Assembly: GCF_001194135.2 (NCBI RefSeq)
Contig: NC_068984.1
Span: forward strand, 118,106,768 to 118,170,767
Reading direction: 5' to 3'
Length of the DNA: 64,000 nt
From: Octopus bimaculoides
Taxonomy: Eukaryota
The notes beneath the pieces were generated by a model that saw only the letters and a program-made list of their open reading frames with translations, did no database searches and was not told the DNA's origin. The position numbers and the translations under genes are program-made. The first letter of the stretch is position 1. Each line of letters starts with the position of its first letter. Positions 36,268 to 49,195 of this stretch are shown here, piece by piece.

Positions 36268-38129
36268 GCATACACACATAGAAATGCATAATGGAAATGT
36301 AATGAACAATAAAACAGGAGAAACAATCTTTGACAAAAGAAGCTGGCTTAATGCTTTAATGGAAAGAAAAACTGATTGAGCGTTCGAGACGTTAATCCTT
36401 TATCAGGAAAGAGAGACAGAAAGAGAGAGAGAGAAACAAACGAAGTGAGAAAAAATAGCTGCTAAGGGGGAAAAACGGGCAAAGGGTTCAAATCCAGACG
36501 ACAATATGTACATATGTATGACATATATATATTTGCATATATGCATACACATACATATATGTATGCACGCATGTATGTATGCATGTATGTAAGTTTGTTT
36601 GCAGGCATGTATGTATGTATGTTTGTATGTATGCATGGATACATGTATTTATGCATGCGTGCATGCATGTATGTATATATTTATGTATGTAGGTATGTAT
36701 GCATGCATACATATATGTATTTATGAATGCATGCATGCATGCATATATGTATACATGTATACATGTAGGTAGGTATGCATGTTTGTATGTATGCGTGCAT
36801 GTGTTTATGCATATCTCTTTCAGTGATCTCACGATTGTTTCAATGATCTCATTAAAAATTTTACAAAGATGTATTAACATAAGATTGTAGCATTTTATAT
36901 AAAAATAAAATCATATCTTCAGAAGCTTAAAAAAACAAACAAACAAAACAAAACAGGATTAATGTATTTTATTGCACCTGGATACAGCGTAGAATCTTGC
37001 TCAAACAAAATGAAGATATTTTTAAAGACAATGTATGGTATGCGTCGTGCTTTCTGTTCTTCCGTCCTGCTGTTTGTTACGCACTCAGAGCAAGATGATT
37101 TGAAAGAAATTTATTCATTTTGTAATCTTTAGTCAGGAAGGAAGATAAGGTTAATTATTCCCACCACCACTCGCACCCTCGCTGCCTGATTGTGTGAGAC
37201 CAAACGATGTATTAAATCTACCGCCCATATCGATTTAATCCATGGTGAGATTTGAACCCAGGAAGCAAAGGGTTGAAAAAAATACCATTAGTTACATGGT
37301 CTGATGTCCTTCTAGTTCTGCCGATCTACTACGTTGCATTGAGACGTTTTCATCAACTCCGATTGGGGGAAATGCAACAGTTGCTTACGGTGGGGATCGA
37401 ATTCAAGACCCCGAGAGTCAGAACAAATACTGCATAGCATTCTTTCTGAATCTCTAACGAGCCTGCTACTTTGCCGCCCGCAGAAGCTAACTAGAAATAA
37501 ACAAAACAGTCAATTTATTAAATTTATTCATTAAATTCACATCTGCAACGTAACAAAACTGAGGTTTGAGTTTTCTTTTTGTCCATGTTTATATTTTTTT
37601 TTCTCGGGGGAAGAAGTGAAGACGTAAAGAAAACAAGAAAGGTAATAAAAATAGAGATTTACTAAAGTCTTCAGTCTCTGGAGGCAGTTATTCTGTCGTT
37701 AATATATTCCGATTTATTGAATACATTTCCTCCAAACACTTGAAACTGCTTATTTTTGAGGTGGCTAAATTGTTTTGCAAAAACTTACTCAGTAAACATA
37801 CACTATGCATATTCTATACTGCATATAGAGCAGTAAAATCATCCAAGCAAATACAAATATTGTAGAATGTAGGAAACAAAATATTCTAAAAATAAACGCT
37901 TTCAGTTAAATGCTTGGAGTTCCTGGTGGCAGTTATTGCAAGGGAGACAATCGCTACTAGATAAGAAATGATGGCGAGGTGATAAGTTTGAATTTTTGAT
38001 TTAAGAGAAACGGTTTTAGTTAAATAGTTTTAAAAGATAATTTATTAAGCCTTCACCGAAAAAAACAAAACAAAAAAAAAGCTTACGTTTCAATAATTCA
38101 CCCAATAATTTACCCAAGCACATAACGTG

Positions 38130-38900
38130 ACAAATTTCCTGTTTGTATTTGGTTTGCAAGATTCTTGATGGGAATCCATGTGTTGAAACAAATTTTGTGC
38201 CTAGGGAAGGTCATTGCTCAAAAAAAATAATAAAAATAAGCACACAGAGTGTTTCAATACTACTTCCTTATTTCATCAACTAACTATCCAATGGTTTGTT
38301 TAATGTACTGCTTGAACAATCAATTGTTCGTTAGTTTTCTCTGTCATTCCGTATACATTTTCTTCTCGATGTTCAACATTGGATAATTAGTAAAACAAAG
38401 AAGAGGAATTGAACCAGTGCGGGTGTTTATTTTTATTTTTATTGGCATAATGAACCTCCCAAAACACAACAAGATTCGTTTCAACATACGAACTCCCATC
38501 AGAAATCTTGCTAACCAAATACAAAAACGAAATAAAATAAGCTCTCGCCAAGCTAGCAAGACGTTGAACAATATTCTGCTGTCTAAAAACCAGAATAACT
38601 ACCCGACAGTTTCGCTTTATTAAAGAATGCATCCCCTCCAGGTTGTACACTAACTCCATTAATTCGGTAAAGACTCAGACTTACGGTATACCAGACAGGA
38701 AAATTAAAGCGCACGATGTTGCTGAACATCATGAGAAAAATATACTTGGAATGACAGAAAAAAACTAACAACCGGTTGATTCTTCTCATTGGATAGTTAA
38801 GTGGTAAAACAAAGAAGCGGTATTGAACCAATGCGTGTGTTTTATAATTTGTTTGGTATAATGACCCTCCCTAGAAACAACAAAATATGACATGTTTTTC
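38130..38900. mobile_element. Further arms of the 33610-34080 fold-back family
   Basis: 38135-38225 is the reverse complement of about 38445-38530 (CCCATCA..AATCTTGC.AACCAAATACAAA). A third arm lies at 38770-38890 (AAACAAAGAAG.GG.ATTGAACCA.TGCG.GTGTTT). Confidence 0.75.
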
Positions 38901-40665
38901 TGAAAAGGAGAGTAGAGGTAAGGTTAATAAATTTTCAATTTTGTTTTTCAAAGACTCTTTATTTAAACTGAATATGATTTATATCAAAGGTAGCATTTTA
39001 AATAGATAAACAATTAAAACTTTTGCCTTTTTGCTTTCAGCAAATCGACTAATAACGAACTAATACATATGAAGTGGCAAACAGCTTCCAAAATATTATG
39101 AGATGTACAGGAGCGGAATCTAAACTGAATAGATTTTCTATTAAAAGTAGTATTTTAAATGGATAAACAACACCCAGATTATTATGACATGCACACTAGC
39201 GCTCAACATAGCAAGGAGATGAGAGGAATATGACATGCAAATTAGACAATAACTTCCCGACAGTCGAGAAGCTCTTGACAATTCTTGGTTGCGATTGTAA
39301 TTGCCTAATGGGAATAGTTTATTTAATAAACAAGTTACTGATGCAACTATTCAAGACGTCTATAGAAACTGTCACTTCTGTATTATGGCAGATATCTAGA
39401 TGCCTTCAAATACAAGACTTTATTACGTACATGTAGCAGATAGCTGCTATGACCTTATTAAAATCCTGTTGTAGTTCATTTATTCGATAGCGTGAGATTC
39501 TGAAACGTTTGTTCGTATTTCCATTCAGGCACTTTGCTAGGATACTTATTCTCTGTTGGTAATTTCTCAGAGAAGGTCAAGAATGTGTGAATTGCGTGTG
39601 AGGTTCTAATTTTCGTATTGCTCATCAAATGACACACTTGAAATGTTAATTTAAGACTGGGATCCTAGAAGTAACAAGGAAGTAGCAAGAAATCTAGTTG
39701 TATTCCAATAAATAATTCTAGGTATCTTTATAGACCCAGGATGTTATAGAATCGTATTTAAAAAAATGCAGAGAAAGAAGGGGGAAACAAAAGTATACGT
39801 GAAATCAGTCATCGTTCGGAGAGAGCGAAGAAGAAAGATTATATGGAAAAGTTGATTGAAAACAAATCTTGACCACCAAATTTCCTCTTCACTCCAAATA
39901 TTAAGCATCTTCTTCAATCTTCAATGTTAAAAAATACTTCAGTCCCAGCCTGTTTGATTTGCCAGAAGTCTGAGACACACATTAAGAAGATTTTCACATA
40001 TTTTTAGCGGTTGTTTCTACAAGCATTGTAGGCCAAACACAAAAATAGGCTACCTGACTAATTGGCAATGACTCACCAATATGTTAAGACGATCATCCAA
40101 CGAAATACACTGCTTCTATACTGCATATAAAATAGGATACATGGTTGGTTGGCAAAGACTCACTCACCGACATGCTATTAACACCAAACTTCAACTGCTC
40201 ATTCTCTGAATGAGCAAGCCTACAAAGACCGACCTATTACATCCATCTTTACCTCTCTCCCCACTATTACTGTGCATCATCTCATATATTCTGCAATAAA
40301 TATTTCTGAGTCCATATGCGTTACAAATGCTACCCTCTAAACTTTCGTCGCCATATTGATATTTCTCTGCTTATGTTGGCCTGGAGAAGTTCAAGATGAT
40401 CCAAAACTATATTCGTTCAACATTCAAAAAAATCATAAACCTTTTACTTCTTCATTGGGCTAATTAAAAAACAATTTGTATTACATAACATAAAGTATTA
40501 CATGGAGAGAGAATGAAAGATAACTTTATGTCTTCAGGAGAACTTACCTCAATCCTTTATATATTAACCAAAATGAAGTAGATTGACAAAATTATTTTTT
40601 TGAACCGGTTGACGACACACAAGATGTCAAAATATCGTTCACTAGATAACATTGGCACTCTTCTT

Positions 40666-40667
<2 letters not shown>

Positions 40668-40739
<72 letters not shown>

Positions 40740-40900
40740 AAGAAGAAGAAGAAGAAGAAGAAGAAGAAGAAGAAGAAGAAGAAGAAGAAGAAGAAGAAGA
40801 AGAAGAAGAAGAATCTTCACTACTATAGGCACAAGGCCTGAATTTTTTTCGTGGAGAGGAGAATCGATTACATCGACTCCAGTTCTCAACTAGTTCTTAT
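40668..40900 (-). mobile_element. SINE A2 3' part with an expanded (CTT)n(ATT)n tail
   Basis: Plus strand shows (AAT)n(AAG)n directly followed by TCTTCACTACTATAGGCACAAGGCCTGAA...GATTTACATCGACTCCAG. Confidence 0.8.
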
Positions 40901-41865
40901 TTGGTCTACATGATATCATTGTGTGGAACTACTCCATTTACCAGAGAGGAGAAATATTTCTGGTGGTTGGTGCTACAGCATGTGAGGTACCTAACAATCT
41001 CCTTTACAATTCTTGGTATATTCCTACTTTTCAAATAAATGAGATCGAAGATTTTCAAAATGCTCTCAGGAGTGGGAAACATGACCACGTCTATTTTGTT
41101 CTCCGATCAATTATGGTGATGGTTCTTCTCCAATGAATAGTCTACCTCTGTTTCTTCAATAGCATTATCTAGATATAATATCTATGTCATATGACACTTT
41201 ATTGTGTATCACATTTTGTTTCTTGCCGCCCCGAGCACCTTTACCAGGCTATTTTTCAGTCCTCATGCTTTGGAGCACGCACTTTAGCTCTGACAACGTA
41301 ACCTTCGTGTTTCGTACCGAAGAAATAGTCAAACGTCATTTTCGTTGCTTGTAAAATCGGCTACGATGTCTTTTCTGGCTATATCAGAAGACCACCACTG
41401 TCCCATTGAACTTCCCTTTCACGACGTAATATATGGAACCCCATATTCCTTACATGTACGTTTTCCGACCGTGTTATGATATGGTTGTCTCCTCATCTGG
41501 TTCTTTTGTCATATTTATGCCATATAAACATTTACATTAAGTTTTTTTTAGTTCGTTTTATTGTAGTGTATTTTTCCCCCTCTTAAATCTATCTCTAGCC
41601 GTACAAACTAATTTCTTTGCTCTGACACTTTAACATTCTAAGTGTTTGTATTCCATCACCTACTAAACTACTACCACCTCTATTTGTGATATCTATTCAT
41701 CTTTCGAGAATACGCGCGATTACCTTATCCAACACGTTTGCATTTCATAACACAGCGCAATCAACACATTTACTCATATGCTCTAAGTTTCTAAAACATT
41801 TCACATTGAAGTATCAGCATCTGTTCACACTTTTTTAATGTATTTACTTGTGCTTATTATTATCA

Positions 41866-41948
<83 letters not shown>

Positions 41949-42110
41949 GTTCAGTAGTTTTATTTTTATAACGTGCTTTCACTTCACTACCGAGCACAGC
42001 TCTGTGCGCCTTGGGTTTGTGCTGTGGTTTGCTGTGGTGTTCTTATGGTTACTGTATTGAAAGTGTTTTGCGTAGGATGTGTACAGTGCCCAGTAGTGCA
42101 ATTTTCTGTA

Positions 42111-42112
<2 letters not shown>
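41949..42112 (-). mobile_element. 5'-truncated R4/Dong-like retrotransposon 3' end embedded in (TAA)n
   Basis: Minus strand encodes IQKIALLGTVHILRKTLSIQ* (cf. R4/Dong C-terminal QK.ALLGT..ILRK.L), then an approximately 100-nt 3' UTR. (ATT)n runs on both sides. Confidence 0.75.
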
Positions 42113-42155
<43 letters not shown>

Positions 42156-42189
42156 CATCATCATCATCATCATTATTATTATTATTATT

Positions 42190-42885
42190 AAGACAGTGAA
42201 CTGGCGGAATCGTTAACACGCTGGACGAAATGCTTAGCGATATTTCGCCAGTCGCTCTGATCTGAGTTCAAATTCCGCCGAGGTCGACTTTATTTTAAAT
42301 ACTTTCGGGGTCGGTAAAATAAATATCATTTGAATACTGGAGTCAACATAATCGTCTCATCCTCTCCTCAAAAATGGCTGACCCTGTGGAAAAATTTGAG
42401 ATCGTTATTATTATCATTAAGGCGGCGTGCTGGCCGAAATAGTTGGCACGCTAGACGAAATGCTTAACGGTATTTCGCCCGTCGTTACGTTCTGAGTTCA
42501 AATTCCACGAGGTTGACTTTGCCTTTCATCCTCTCGGGCGCCGATAAATTAAGTACCTGTGAAACAACGGGGTCGATGTAATCGACTAGTCCCCTCTCCC
42601 CAAACTTCAGGCCTTGTGCCTACAGTAGAAATTATTATTATTACCATCATTAAGACGGTGAGCTGTCAGAATCGTTAACACACCAGGCAAAATACTGCGC
42701 GGCATTTCGTCTGTCTTAACTTTCCGAGTTCAAATTCCGCTGAGGTCGACTTTGCCTTTCGTCCTTTCGAAATCGATGAAATAAATACCAGTCGAGCACT
42801 GGAGTCGATGTAATCAACAAGCTCCCTCCCACAAAATGTCATGCCTTGTGCCTGAAGTAGAAAAGATTATTATTATTATTATAAT
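42190..42885 (+). mobile_element. Head-to-tail array of three SINE A2 copies separated by (ATT)n tails
   Basis: Copies start at about 42190, 42419 and 42651, each as TTAAG(G/A)CRG after an ATT run. Confidence 0.9.
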
Positions 42886-42962
42886 AATTATGTTCTTTTC
42901 AATAATCATTTTTCTCGCCATTTATATTGTTGCTGTAAATCACATACGTTTTGAATAATTTT

Positions 42963-43195
42963 CTTATTTCTTTGTTGCCCACAAGGGGCTAAACATAGAG
43001 GGGACAAACAAGGACAGACAAACGGATTAAGTCGATTCTATCGACCCCAGTGCGTAACTGGTACTTATTTTATCGACCCCTAAAGGATGAAAGGCAAAGT
43101 CGACCTCGGCGGAATTTGAACTCAGAACGTAGCGGCAGACAAAATACCGTTAAGCATTTCGCCTGGCGTTCTACCGTTTCTGCCAGCTCGCCGCC
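42963..43195 (-). mobile_element. Young full-length SINE A1 with 11-bp TSD
   Basis: Complete head-to-tail copy with TGAATAATTTT at 42952-42962 and 43196-43206. Confidence 0.9.
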
Positions 43196-44129
43196 TGAAT
43201 AATTTTGAATAATTTTCTTATTTCTTTNNNNNNNNNNNNNNNNNNNNNNNNNNNNNNNNNNNNNNNNNNNNNNNNNNNNNNNNNNNNNNNNNNNNNNNNN
43301 NNNNNNNNNNNNNNNNNNNNNNNNNNNNNNNNNNNNNNNNNNNNNNNNNNNNNNNNNNNNNNNNNNNNNNNNNNNNNNNNNNNNNNNNNNNNNNNNNNNN
43401 NNNNNNNNNNNNNNNNNNNNNNNNNNNNNNNNNNNNNNNNNNNNNNNNNNNNNNNNNNNNNNNNNNNNNNNNNNNNNNNNNNNNNNNNNNNNNNNNNNNN
43501 NNNNNNNNNNNNNNNNNNNNNNNNNNNNNNNNNNNNNNNNNNNNNNNNNNNNNNNNNNNNNNNNNNNNNNNNNNNNNNNNNNNNNNNNNNNNNNNNNNNN
43601 NNNNNNNNNNNNNNNNNNNNNNNNNNNNNNNNNNNNNNNNNNNNNNNNNNNNNNNNNNNNNNNNNNNNNNNNNNNNNNNNNNNNNNNNNNNNNNNNNNNN
43701 NNNNNNNNNNNNNNNNNNNNNNNNNNNNNNNNNNNNNNNNNNTCTCTCTCACACACCGGTCTCAGCATATCGTAAATGAAGTGAATTAGCTTCAATCGAG
43801 AAGTGAAACTAAGACGTTGAGTGATCGGTTAGCAATGATTTTTATCTCCAATCAAAGTCTTACTCACAACAACGACGTCAAGGAGGCAGAGAAGAAGGCG
43901 ATGGAGGCGGCGGCGGCGGCGGAGGAGGAGGAAGAGGCGGAGGATAATAATGATGATGATGATGACGATGATGACGATAATAACAATAACGATGATGCTG
44001 ATGCTGCTAATGGTGATAATAGCGGCGGCGGTGGTGGTGGCGACAGTGGTGGTGGCGACAGTGGTGGTGGTAGGGGCAAGAGAAGGAGAGGACAATTAGT
44101 ACGGCAGCACTAACGATGATGATATATAT

Positions 44130-44325
44130 TGGTTTCGAACTTTGGCACAAGACCAGCAAGTTCAGGAGAAGAGGTGAATCGTTTACATCGACCCCAGTAC
44201 TCGACTGGCTCTTATTTTATCGATCACCAAAGAACGAAAGGCAAAGTCGATCTCGGCGAAATTTCATCTCAAAACGTAAAGACAGATGAAATGTCGCTAA
44301 GCATTTCGTCCAGCTCACCGCCTTG
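44130..44325 (-). mobile_element. SINE family A2 copy
   Basis: TTTGGCACAAGACCAGC...TACATCGACCCCAGTACTCGACTGG...AAAGGCAAAGTCGATCTCGGCGAAATTT. Further A pieces at about 46420-46530 (+), 51612-51672 (-) and 54780-55000 (-). Confidence 0.8.
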
Positions 44326-44895
44326 TTTGAAGGAAATATTATAACCTCGTAGTAAAAAAGCATCTATTTCATGGTTCAGTGTAAAACATCATTGGCGCAG
44401 CCCCGGGATGAGAATGCTCGGTTCATGATCACGATATCGTGAATTCAATTCCTGAATCGGGCGATGCGTTGTGCGTTGTGTAGCACACTTTATTTCATGT
44501 TGCTCCAAGCTATTGATTTGTAAAGAGAACCAACCCAACACCAATCGGGTACTCGTAGGCCCTCCCTCCCTTTCTTCCTTCACCTGTCGTATCCTTGATG
44601 TTAAATTAGGTCAAGGTCGAAGGGGTAGAGAAGGGGTGTGTCTCTGCTTACGACTCCATGGGGTTAACTAAAGAAACAGTTAGCGAAAGAATACTAGGCC
44701 GTACTCACCGGCGAGTGACGGCTGAGTGGTTGCACATATCATTTGCCTTCATTCATAAAAAGCAAACGACTTGACGGGTAGATTTTCCTCTCACATCGTA
44801 CGCAATCGCTTCTCTCTCTCTTTATCTCTCTCTTTCTCTCTCTCTCACACTCTTCCCGTCTGTCTGTCTCCACACACACACACACATGTCTATGA

Positions 44896-44942
<47 letters not shown>

Positions 44943-47724
44943 GGGATTGTATGTGTATGTGTGTAAAAGCACATGGCCTAATGATTTTGATTCCCCAGAT
45001 CAGCGGTGAGCTGTGTTCTTCAGCAAAATACTTCCTTTCACGTTGTTCCAGTCCGCTCACCTGTAAATGGGTAACCCTCCGAAGGCCTTCGAACAACAAA
45101 AGACACAAATGGAAAACAAAATAAACAACATAAAGAACGACCCTTCATCAGTTGTTGGCTGTTTTTCTAGTCTCGTATTTCGAGCATTTAACAACAATAT
45201 ACGGTTTCAATAAAACAGTTGCTCCCGCAAAGCAAATTAAATAAAATTTTGGATTTTGCGGAGGATCAAAATAGGTAACACAAACAGGACAGTGAAAACA
45301 AGCATGAAGGGCTGCTAAGCCGAAACAAGGTTGTGGTGGCGAACGCGTAAATCAAGCTAGGAAAGAGACAAACAAGAACACATCTTCTTTNNNNNNNNNN
45401 NNNNNNNNNNNNNNNNNNNNNNNNNNNNNNNNNNNNNNNNNNNNNNNNNNNNNNNNNNNNNNNNNNNNNNNNNNNNNNNNNNNNNNNNNNNNNNNNNNNN
45501 NNNNNNNNNNNNNNNNNNNNNNNNNNNNNNNNNNNNNNNNNNNNNNNNNNNNNNNNNNNNNNNNNNNNNNNNNNNNNNNNNNNNNNNNNNNNNNNNNNNN
45601 NNNNNNNNNNNNNNNNNNNNNNNNNNNNNNNNNNNNNNNNNNNNNNNNNNNNNNNNNNNNNNNNNNNNNNNNNNNNNNNNNNNNNNNNNNNNNNNNNNNN
45701 NNNNNNNNNNNNNNNNNNNNNNNNNNNNNNNNNNNNNNNNNNNNNNNNNNNNNNNNNNNNNNNNNNNNNNNNNNNNNNNNNNNNNNNNNNNNNNNNNNNN
45801 NNNNNNNNNNNNNNNNNNNNNNNNNNNNNNNNNNNNNNNNNNNNNNNNNNNNNNNNNNNNNNNNNNNNNNNNNNNNNNNNNNNNNNNNNNNNNNNNNNNN
45901 NNNNNNNNNNNNNNNNNNNNNNNNNNNNNNNNNNNNNNNNNNNNNNNNNNNNNNNNNNNNNNNNNNNNNNNNNNNNNNNNNNNNNNNNNNNNNNNNNNNG
46001 AAGACGTAAGGTAAAGTAGGTAAAGTTGACCCGAGGAGGATTAGAACCGAGAATACAAAGTCAGGACTAATATGCCTTAATCTACCTTAATAACATGCAG
46101 TATGCAGCACCACCGTTCAGTTTCTGTGACTGAAGAGGAGATAACCACTCCGAAATGCTTGCATCTCACAGTCTGAATTGGTGGCGCAGCGAGCTGATTT
46201 AGGTGTATTTACACCATTTGTCTACAGCGAGAAATTTTCTCCATGACAAAACACGGTGAATGGCTTGTTTACAAGTTCGAATTTGCCACTATCATATTCG
46301 AACTGGTAATAACATTGCATTAATATACCTTTCGCAATGTTTTCTACTCCCTAACAACTTTGCTGGTTCACTGCCTTGTTTGATATATTTATCATATACA
46401 CTGATGGCAAAGCAGCGACCTGGTAGAATCGTTAGCACGTTGGAGAAAAAACTTAGTGACATTTCTGTTTTTGGCTCTACATACTGAGTTCAAATACCAC
46501 CGAGGTCAGCTTGATGAAATAAAGTACCTGTCAAGCACTAGGCGCGTGACCTAGCGGCTAAGGTGTTGCATTCACGATGTTGCATTCACGATGCCCCAGT
46601 CGACTTAGCTGTAAATGAGTTCAAGCAATAGCTGGGAAGTTAGCCCTGCGACGGACCGGTGACCCACTCAAAGACGGGAGTGTTGTGATCTCAGTTACTT
46701 ATACGCTCAGTTTAAGAATCCCAGTGCTCATGACAGTCCTAAGTAAGTCAAATACTAGGATCGCTGTATTCGGCTACCTCTTTCCTCTCCAATTGTTAGC
46801 CATTTTGCCGAAATTTGAAACCATATACGTAGCATACAAAGTACAATATAGCAAAGTCCTTCACCTTGATTCAATCACTACAAAGAAAATTCATTCCATG
46901 CATTAACAACAGAAATGCGAAATAGTTAATTAAATTATAGATTCACATTGTTATATACAATTAATTAATTCTCAGACTGTATGTTATGTTACGTAATTAA
47001 TTGTAATATGGCTATAACAATCCACCCACGTACTAAGACGATATTATTCTGGAATAGTTATTTTTCTAAATTCAATAATATTATTTCTATGCCAATATCA
47101 GTGTCAAATCTCGCACATCAAATTTTTTGTACACGAAAAATTCTAAATAATCAAATAAAAATTAAAATTAAATTCGGAACAGAAATAAAACATTCAACTC
47201 AGATAAAATTTTTTGGTTGATCTCAGTTTTGTGACAAGTGATGAGTTGTGGAAACGTTAACAGTAAATTCGTTTTGTTATTATTTATCATTTTTCACAAA
47301 GCAAGAAAAGCAATTATAGAAATAAATGCAATTTTTAACATTGCTAAAAATTTTATTGAAATTCGAGATTTCGAAATGTTTATAATACACCAAAATATTT
47401 CCAGTTAAGTAAACATCAACAACAAAAAAAGTAATTTAAGACAACAAAAAAACCCTTTTAGTGTTATGTTCACCAAGTAATTAATGTTTTCTTTAGAGTG
47501 TGGAACAAAACCATATATTTTTGGAGAAATTGGTGACGTGAAGGAAGATGCGGGATAGCTAGGAAGTTACGATCTTCGTGCCTTTCCTTATGACGTTAGT
47601 CATGCGTCAGCCGATGCACCATAGTTAAAGGAGTGCATAATTCCTCCCTTATTTAGTTAGTTTTACACACACACGTAGGCACACATAGACACACACACAT
47701 ACACATAGGCACATACACACATAC

Positions 47725-48612
47725 GACGAAAGAGGTTATGTCGTGAACGAGGCTTAAAGTATTGAGGAAAGACACTTTCTTTTTCGGTCAAGATCTCATC
47801 GACATTTTAAAGTTCCATTTGGAAAAGAAAGTGGTGGGGGAAAGAGAAATTCTCCCTCCCATTGAGTTTTTCAAGGAGTAGGTGAATGAGGGGAAGAAAC
47901 CCCATCTAGGCATGCGCCCGTAGATTGGCGAACAGCAGGGATCTCTGGGGCTTCTCGATTTGTCCCTAGTTGGAGGTTTCTCTTCATCAGGAGGACAGCA
48001 TCATTTGTGTGTTTACATACGATGTATATTTTAATCTCCTTTCATTGTCTTCTCTCTTGGTTTTGCCTCATCTTTTATATAATATAAACCCCTACACAAA
48101 TTGTAGACTGTCCTTGCGATGCCCCTGTCATAATGCCCCTGTGGCAGAGGCTGACAGAATTGAGGAAAGACACCTTCCTCTTCAGTGAAACTCTCATCGA
48201 CTTTTTTAAGTTCCCCTTGGAAAGGAAATTGAGGGTGGAGAGGGAAGTGCTAGCACCCAGTGATTTTGTGAAAAGATGGGTGCCTGTGGAAAAAATGATG
48301 AGAATGAATGGCCTTACTCTAAGTATGCGCATGTAGTACGGGGAGCAGGAGAGAGAGCTCGTACCCTTCGCAGTCAGGGTAATCCTGAATCTCTGGGGTT
48401 CCTTGATTGGCTCTAGTTGGGGTTTCTCCTGTATCAGGAGGACTGCTTCATTCATGTTATCACATAACTTTGTACACAATGTATACTTTTATCACATTTC
48501 ACCGTCTTTTCCATTTCTTTCTGCCCATCCTTTATGTAAATCCCTACACAAGTTATTGTCTGTTCTTGTGATGTTCCCCTCATTGATGACCCTGTGGCTA
48601 ATAAAAGAAATA
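47725..48612 (+). mobile_element. Two tandem 5'-truncated 3' ends of a Tx1/L1-like LINE
   Basis: Unit of about 420-460 bp repeated head to tail (47725-48145, 48146-48612). Translation LRKDTFLFSETLIDFFKFPLERKLRVEREVLAPSDFVKRWV resembles L1/Tx1 ORF2 C-termini. Ends in AATAAAAGAAATAATAAT. Clade assignment rests on motif resemblance only. Confidence 0.55.
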
Positions 48613-48647
48613 ATAATAATTATTATTATTATCATTAATATTAATGC

Positions 48648-48678
<31 letters not shown>

Positions 48679-48949
48679 AATGTTATTAACAGTCGCCCAC
48701 AGACGAACCTATAAGATCATGTCATTATCATTTTCTGTGCAAAAGTTTGCAATTCCTCGCTGAAAGGCATTTATTTCAGAGAATACCGTTTCCTAGATGA
48801 ATTGTCTTCACTATGACTCGTGAGCGCCATCTACTCTAGACTAAACTATCCTAACTTCCACCGCCCTTAGTACAGACACAAACATAGACACACATATTTA
48901 TGAATGTATATAGACATTCACATATATAAGCACCCATATATATGTATAC

Positions 48950-49078
<129 letters not shown>

Positions 49079-49195
49079 CATATATATGTATACATACATA
49101 CATTAAGTAACAATCCCTAAGCAATTATAACTCTTACCAAAATTACAGTCCCTATGAAGGACAAACACGCAGCAATATCAATGTATGGTATGATA

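Noticed and set aside
36378-36407. Hammerhead-like remnant on the minus strand (CTGATAA-AGGA..TCTC-GAAC)
   Set aside because: Two core positions are broken, so at most it is a dead pseudo-LTR remnant.
40890-41560. Possible L1/Tx1 ORF2 relic on the minus strand (HEGYVVRAKVRA)
   Set aside because: Only one short motif is recognisable amid many stops, too weak to list as a feature.
43204-43227. Apparent start of a second SINE A1 tail right before a gap
   Set aside because: It duplicates 42951-42975 next to an N-run and may be a contig-end assembly artefact.
43817-44113. 98-codon ORF with poly-A/E/D/N/G tracts resembling a low-complexity protein
   Set aside because: It is a mosaic of trinucleotide repeats open in several frames on both strands, like 34880-34980 and 53670-53820, with no splice or homology support.
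45301-45330. GCATGAA-GGGC-TGCTAA-GCC-GAAAC hammerhead-like remnant
   Set aside because: The CTGANGA core is absent and there is no cleavage triplet after stem III.
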